Assembly: GCA_964035575.1 (NCBI GenBank)
Contig: OZ037843.1
Location: 806,001 to 870,000, forward strand
Length of the DNA: 64,000 nt
Direction of reading: 5' to 3'
From: Rhynchopus sp. YZ270_cl-10
Lineage: Eukaryota
Below the pieces are notes generated by a model. That model was not told the origin of the DNA and did not search any database. It saw only the letters and a list, made by a program, of their open reading frames with translations. Shown piece after piece: positions 58,930-64,000 of the stretch (within the stretch, counting starts at the first letter, position 1; each line of letters opens with the position of its first letter). Both the position numbers and the translations under genes were made by a program.

Positions 58930-61518
58930 CAGTGTTGTAAAAAGACAGGGTCCTGGCAAAAAAGACCAAAAAAGACCATAAAAGACCAAAAAAGGCCAAA
59001 AAAGACCATAAAAGACACAAAAAAGACACAAAAAAGACATAGAGGGACTCTACCTTGCAGAAAAAAAAGCACTCCACGCGTTTTGAACACAAATCGCAGG
59101 TTTTCCTAAAGCTGAATCTAAATTCTGAAACTAAAACTAAAACTAAAAATGGAAAACCTTTCACCACTCAACCGACTCTTCATCTTCATCGCTGTCGTTT
59201 CCTTCAGCAGGAGCTGCCTCGACTTCAGGAGCTTCTGCTTCTGCTTCTGCGTCGCAGTCAATCACAGGTTCTCCTGGTTTGGCACCCTCGATTTCAAACC
59301 AGGAGTCACCTTTGCCAGTGCGGAGGCAACTGTGAATCTGCGTCAGCTTCGTCACTCGCGCCGAGAGGAGTCGATTCCTCCGCAACTGCGACATCCAGCC
59401 CATTGTGCTGAATTGCCGTTCGAGTTCGGCACTCGAGGCTCGGATCCCCGACACTCTGTACCCAATCCTGCAGAGCTTCACGTCTTTCTCGCTCCCTCCA
59501 TCGCTCTGCACCTCCAGCAAGAATATCCTCCACCACTCCTCTGGTGTCTTGGTCTTCGCAAGATCCCACATCCCGTCATTTGCAAAAATGCCGGATGCAG
59601 TGCGAAACTCGATCAGACACGCCGACAGTGCCGCGCCCCCCAGTTTTTTGAGGTAGGCAGAGGCGTTCTTCTTCACCTCTGCACACGGAGCCCAACCTGC
59701 CAGTTTGGTCAGCGGGTGTTTTGCTGGCAGGTCCTTTGCTTCTTTGTACACCTGTGTGATTGTTGTTGTTGTTGTTGTTGGGATCAATATGGCTGAAGTA
59801 TACCTGAAAAAATGGGTTGAGAAGAGTCGCAGCGGAGAAAACACCGTCCTCGTGAGTGATGTAGCGAGAAACACGCACTTGGATTTTTTTAATAACGTTC
59901 TCCATTTTCTGTTTGTCTTCCACCGTTGCCAAAGCTGCCTTCGTCTCTTTTGCTGCACTCAGAGCTTGCTCAAGAAGCGGAATCACAAACCCAATCCTAC
60001 ACGAATCCGACTGCAACAAGTTGACCACAACACCAGCCTTCTCCACAAATTTGTGAATCGCGCGAATCAGAGGCATGCTGTTGCAGACTTTAAGAATATC
60101 TGGGCAGCGGGCGAGTGCTTCCTCATCATCGGCAACAAGCAACAGAGCCTCTCGGTATTGCGCGACGAAGTCGAACAGCTTTGACGTTGTAGTCCATCTG
60201 GTAATCGCCATAAGCTTTGGCGCGTTCGTTCGCTGACTCAGTTCAGTCTGTTTTTCCTTCAAAACAGCCCTGAGGTAGTCAACATTCTTCAGAGACGCTA
60301 CAACGCTGTTCAGCAACTTTGTCACGTAGTTGAATTCCTGTCCCGTTTCGTTGCCTTTGGATTTCTTGGTCCCGAGACAGTCATTCACCATGCGTTGTAC
60401 AGTATGGGCAGCGCAGACAATGGTGTGCACGTCAATGTTCTTTTTTTTTAGTTCGGCTTTGAAGAGTTTGTTTGCCTTGGTAGCTGTCGTATCTCCATCT
60501 GAAATGAGTGCAACAGCTTTTTTTTGAAATTTTTCTGGTGTTTGCGTGAGGTGTGAAAGAAGCTCCTGCGCGTTGTGTTGTTTTTGTTGTAAGATCCCGC
60601 TGTTCACGATCAATCCTGCCTGCTCCCCTGCTGTTCCGGCGCACGCAAAAACTTTTTCTGCTCGCGAATTTTTCCAGGTGTCCGACTGGAGGGAGATGTG
60701 CTCGTTTTTTGCGAGCTTATCAAACTTCGGAACACAGATGGTGGTGTGCACCTTGTCCAGCAAAGTTGTGGAGATGACGTGTCGGCTGGGTATGTGTTCT
60801 TTTTTTAGCCCTGGTCTCGTTGCCATCATGGCCTCAATAAAAAGTGGACTATCGACTACCGAGAAGGGCACCCCTGCGGCGAACACGAACTTCGCCCAGG
60901 CGAGATGCATCTCCTCGATCTCCTTCGCGTTCGGTGCAGGGATGCAGGGGATGCGGGTTTGGCTCTTTTCGAGCTTCGCCCTCTTTGCAGCAGGCGCTTC
61001 AGCCGGTGCCGTCGTGTCGGAGCGGGATCTTTTCGCCCGCTCTTCTTCCTCTTCGATCCTCTGTTTCGCCCTGTCACTCTTCTTCGGGCAGTCCTCCACG
61101 ATGTGCTTCTTCATCCGTGTGGCTGAAATGCCGTTCTTCGCCAACCTGTACCCGCAGCCCTCCCCCTTGCACTCGAGGTAGTCAACCTCGTTCTCCGTCA
61201 CCTCCACGTACTCCTCGCGGCTCCAGCAGCTCTTCCTCCCTGGCATTTTATTATTATTCCCCTGATTAGTCTGTGTTGATACTCTGTAAGTGTGGGTGTT
61301 TGTGATGTTTGCGGGATCCCTTTTCAGCTCAGCTCCATGGGCTCATAAGCACCATAACCCCAAAAACGTGCGCTCAAAAAAGACCAAAAAAGACCGAAAA
61401 TGCTGGCAAAAAAGACCAAAAAAGACCGAAAATGCTGGCAAAAAAGACCAAAAAAGACCAAAAAAGACCAAAAAAGACACATCAAAAAAGACACAAAAAA
61501 GACACTGCCACAACACTG
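58930..61518 (-). mobile_element. Potentially autonomous hAT transposon
   Basis: TIR CAGTGTTGT / ACAACACTG; AAAAAGAC subterminal repeats at both ends; intact transposase; no TSD visible. Confidence 0.88.
59161..61246 (-). CDS. hAT transposase with BED finger, two exons, 677 aa
   Basis: 52 nt GT-AG intron 59752-59803 joins NPFFQ to VYKEAK. Motifs W...CKGEGC...HIVEDC, GVPFS, LQSDTW, ISDG, CAAH, TRW, ASSAELERQFS, RRNRL. Confidence 0.92.
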
Positions 61519-61525
61519 GGGGGAG

Positions 61526-62020
61526 CAGTCTGCAGACTAAGGATTGGGGGTCTGGTAATTAATTAATTAAATGCTAGTCTGCACGGGGTTTCGTAACGAA
61601 CAATACAGGCGAAAACGCCGTTATTTGCATTTTTGGGCCGATCCCAGTCAGTGGTGGGGTCAATCTGAAGAAATAGACACAATTTTAATGACTTAAATTT
61701 TGGACAATATGAGCCCGGTCACTAATAGCTGGGGCCCATTTTCGGCCAAAAATTTCCTCAAAATCCGGGTTTGTAATAATTATTGACTTCACCTTCGGTT
61801 ACCCTACCGGGGGGGTGAAGGAAGGTTGTGGAAAAGGGTCCTTATTTGCATTTTTGGGATCCGCCCGTGCAGTGGTGGGGTCAATCTCGAAAATTGGACA
61901 ATTTTTTGACCACTTAAATTTTGAAAAATATGAGCCCGGTCACTTATACGTGGTGCCCATTTTCAAAAAAAACCGGGTGGGTATGGTAATTAATTAAATG
62001 ATTTCTTAGTCTGCAGTCTG
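61526..62020. mobile_element. hAT-like MITE with 8 bp TSD
   Basis: CAGTCTGCAGACTAAG ... CTTAGTCTGCAGTCTG; TSD GGGGGGAG at 61518-61525 and 62021-62028. Confidence 0.8.
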
Positions 62021-62317
62021 GGGGGGAGGTGGTGTTTGGTAAAAATGTTTTGCTTGGGCTCGGCAACACGGTTAAGAGGAAATGAAGGAGGTGTCCAATG
62101 AGGGTCGAGCTTCGTCAAAATGAAGCTGCAAAGAGTATTGGCGTGGTTGTGCTGAGATTTGAACACCCGATTCCCTTGTATCAGGGTTTTGAGCCCCAGT
62201 TCAAAACCCTGAAGGCATGCACAAACAATACCATTGTGTATAAAGAACAAAGGGGGTTTCTAAGATCAGGAGCTTTGCTTGAAAACTGCACACAGCATCG
62301 CGACCACAGCAACACAA

Positions 62318-64000
62318 TCACCGAAGATAAGAACACACAACACTGCACGTCCCGGAAGGAACTGCGTGTGCTGGTGTGCCACTCCCACCCGCCTCCACCC
62401 ACGCCTTTGCAACGTCCGTGTCACGGCTCTCACCACGCAGGTACCCACGCACTGCTGTGTTGTACAAATCCCAATGCTTCTTCCCGCCTATCTGGTACAT
62501 CCACTCGTCTGCTGCAGTTGAGGTTTCTTCTTCCTTCGAAACCAGCTCAGCCACAACCTGTGCCTCGCAGTCTCGAGCAACCTCCACCTTGCACGGAAGC
62601 AGACGCAGGTCGTGTTCGCACTCAGCGTCGCTGAAGCACATCCTGTTGCAGACAACGTCGCACCCCAGCATACGTCCTGCACGTTCCATCCCGTGCACGT
62701 CGCGCACAAGTGTCCCCACCATGCTGAAGCGGCGCATCACATCACAACCCATGTCACCACGCAGCACTGTCCCCATTGCAACACCCACGTTCACAGAGGC
62801 TGCCAGGCCAGCTCTCATGAGCATGCTTGCTGCGTGCAGTGCTGAGGTTGCGTGCGACGCACACGGCTTCGACGCGTTGAACGAGCAGTGGATGCTGTCC
62901 CCAACAAAGACGTCCACCATCCCACGTCTGCTGTCTGTTGCCTGCAGGGTCTTCAGAAGAACAGTTGTGAAGAGGTCGGAGAAGCGTGCACTGTCCTCCT
63001 CCAGGCGGTGCAGGGTGTCTTTGATGTTCAGTGTCAGCAGTGTTGCATTCGCGGTTGAGAGCAGGAGAGGCGGTGCACGGAAGGAAGTGCGTCGCACTGC
63101 AGCAGACGTGCTCGATGCTTCCGCTGACACTGTGCTTGAGTCGTCACTGTCAGCACCATCCAGCTCACCACCAGGTTCCACACATTGGTCCTTCTCGTCC
63201 TCAAAAGGCAGACACGTCTGCGGGAGGTACGCCTTGTACACACGCAGGTTCTGCTCCAACTTCCGCAGTGCTGTCGTCATCCCCTCAGGCAGCTCACCAC
63301 CGTGCTCCTCCAGCAGCTCCGCCACCTTCTCCACGTCGTAGCCAGCAAGGAGCGAGGCGATGTCCTGCACTGTCGCGATTGTGCGTTGCATTGATGCCTG
63401 CTCCTTCAGGAGACCACGTGAAAAGTCACGCGTCACAATAAAGTCAATGACGAATACGAGAGCCGCAAATAGTAATCGGTTCACAGCTCCGCTCTTCTTG
63501 CAAGGCAGCACATCACAGTCACCCATGCTCTCTAAGAAGGAACGTCGATGCTCTTGATACGCGAGCCCGGGCATGTCGAGCAGACCAAACCTCCACGTTT
63601 CCTCTGCAGTGATGATGACCAAATACACCAGTGTGCACACCACGACAATTGTGCTGTACCGTGTGGGCACCTGCATGACCAAGAGAAAGTCCACCACAAG
63701 CACGATCATTGGCCAGGCGTATTCATACTCGATGCGCCAACTTATGTCCACGACCATCACCGCAACGTAGTACAGTGCGGACTCTGTCACTATCATGAAC
63801 GTGGTCAGCTTGTACTTTAGCATAATTATAATCATCGAACACAAGCTGGTCAGCATGCCTGTGAGAACACCTCCAAAAAACTGATACCTACCATGTAAAC
63901 TCTGCACCTCCGTCACAGCAAACATAATCGCACCTACGAATGTAACGCAGTTGAAGAAAAAGCAAATACTACGTATGAGTCTGCTGTGCGTGTCCAGTGT
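62318..64000 (-). CDS. Multi-TM degenerate class III cyclase, paralog of 18857-20596; 5' end beyond the window
   Basis: Frame is open to base 64000 (TLDTHSRLIRS...); C-terminal half closely matches 18857-20596. Confidence 0.88.
   Translation of the reverse strand, partial: TLDTHSRLIRSICFFFNCVTFVGAIMFAVTEVQSLHGRYQFFGGVLTGMLTSLCSMIIIMLKYKLTTFMIVTESALYYVAVMVVDISWRIEYEYAWPMIVLVVDFLLVMQVPTRYSTIVVVCTLVYLVIITAEETWRFGLLDMPGLAYQEHRRSFLESMGDCDVLPCKKSGAVNRLLFAALVFVIDFIVTRDFSRGLLKEQASMQRTIATVQDIASLLAGYDVEKVAELLEEHGGELPEGMTTALRKLEQNLRVYKAYLPQTCLPFEDEKDQCVEPGGELDGADSDDSSTVSAEASSTSAAVRRTSFRAPPLLLSTANATLLTLNIKDTLHRLEEDSARFSDLFTTVLLKTLQATDSRRGMVDVFVGDSIHCSFNASKPCASHATSALHAASMLMRAGLAASVNVGVAMGTVLRGDMGCDVMRRFSMVGTLVRDVHGMERAGRMLGCDVVCNRMCFSDAECEHDLRLLPCKVEVARDCEAQVVAELVSKEEETSTAADEWMYQIGGKKHWDLYNTAVRGYLRGESRDTDVAKAWVEAGGSGTPAHAVPSGTCSVVCSYLR

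Overview
Eukaryotic DNA, most likely a diplonemid or related euglenozoan protist. This is inferred from intronless receptor-type class III cyclase families, short GT-AG introns with A/C-rich 3' ends and tandem gene duplicates. Host genes: five adenylate-cyclase-like membrane proteins (only one has a complete catalytic motif set), two ankyrin-repeat paralogs, an RRM protein, a small two-exon mitochondrion-type membrane protein, a Q/Y-rich ORF, and a ubiquitin-like/LRR gene split by a 2.1 kb insert with a 20 bp direct repeat. Much of the rest is nested DNA transposons: hAT-like elements with 5, 6, 8 and 9 bp target duplications, MULE-like and CACTA/CMC-like elements, and two 1189 bp foldbacks. 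Three things stand out. (1) A tyrosine-recombinase (Crypton-like) element built as hairpin + inverted repeat + gene + inverted repeat, plus an array of three diverged mini-cassettes with the same architecture. (2) A hAT-like transposase lineage with Asp at the third catalytic position, associated with YATAC termini and 6 bp TSDs. (3) A nested insertion pattern (poly-C, foldback, CCTAGG, YATAC element) seen at two loci. All calls are by eye; no database searches were run.
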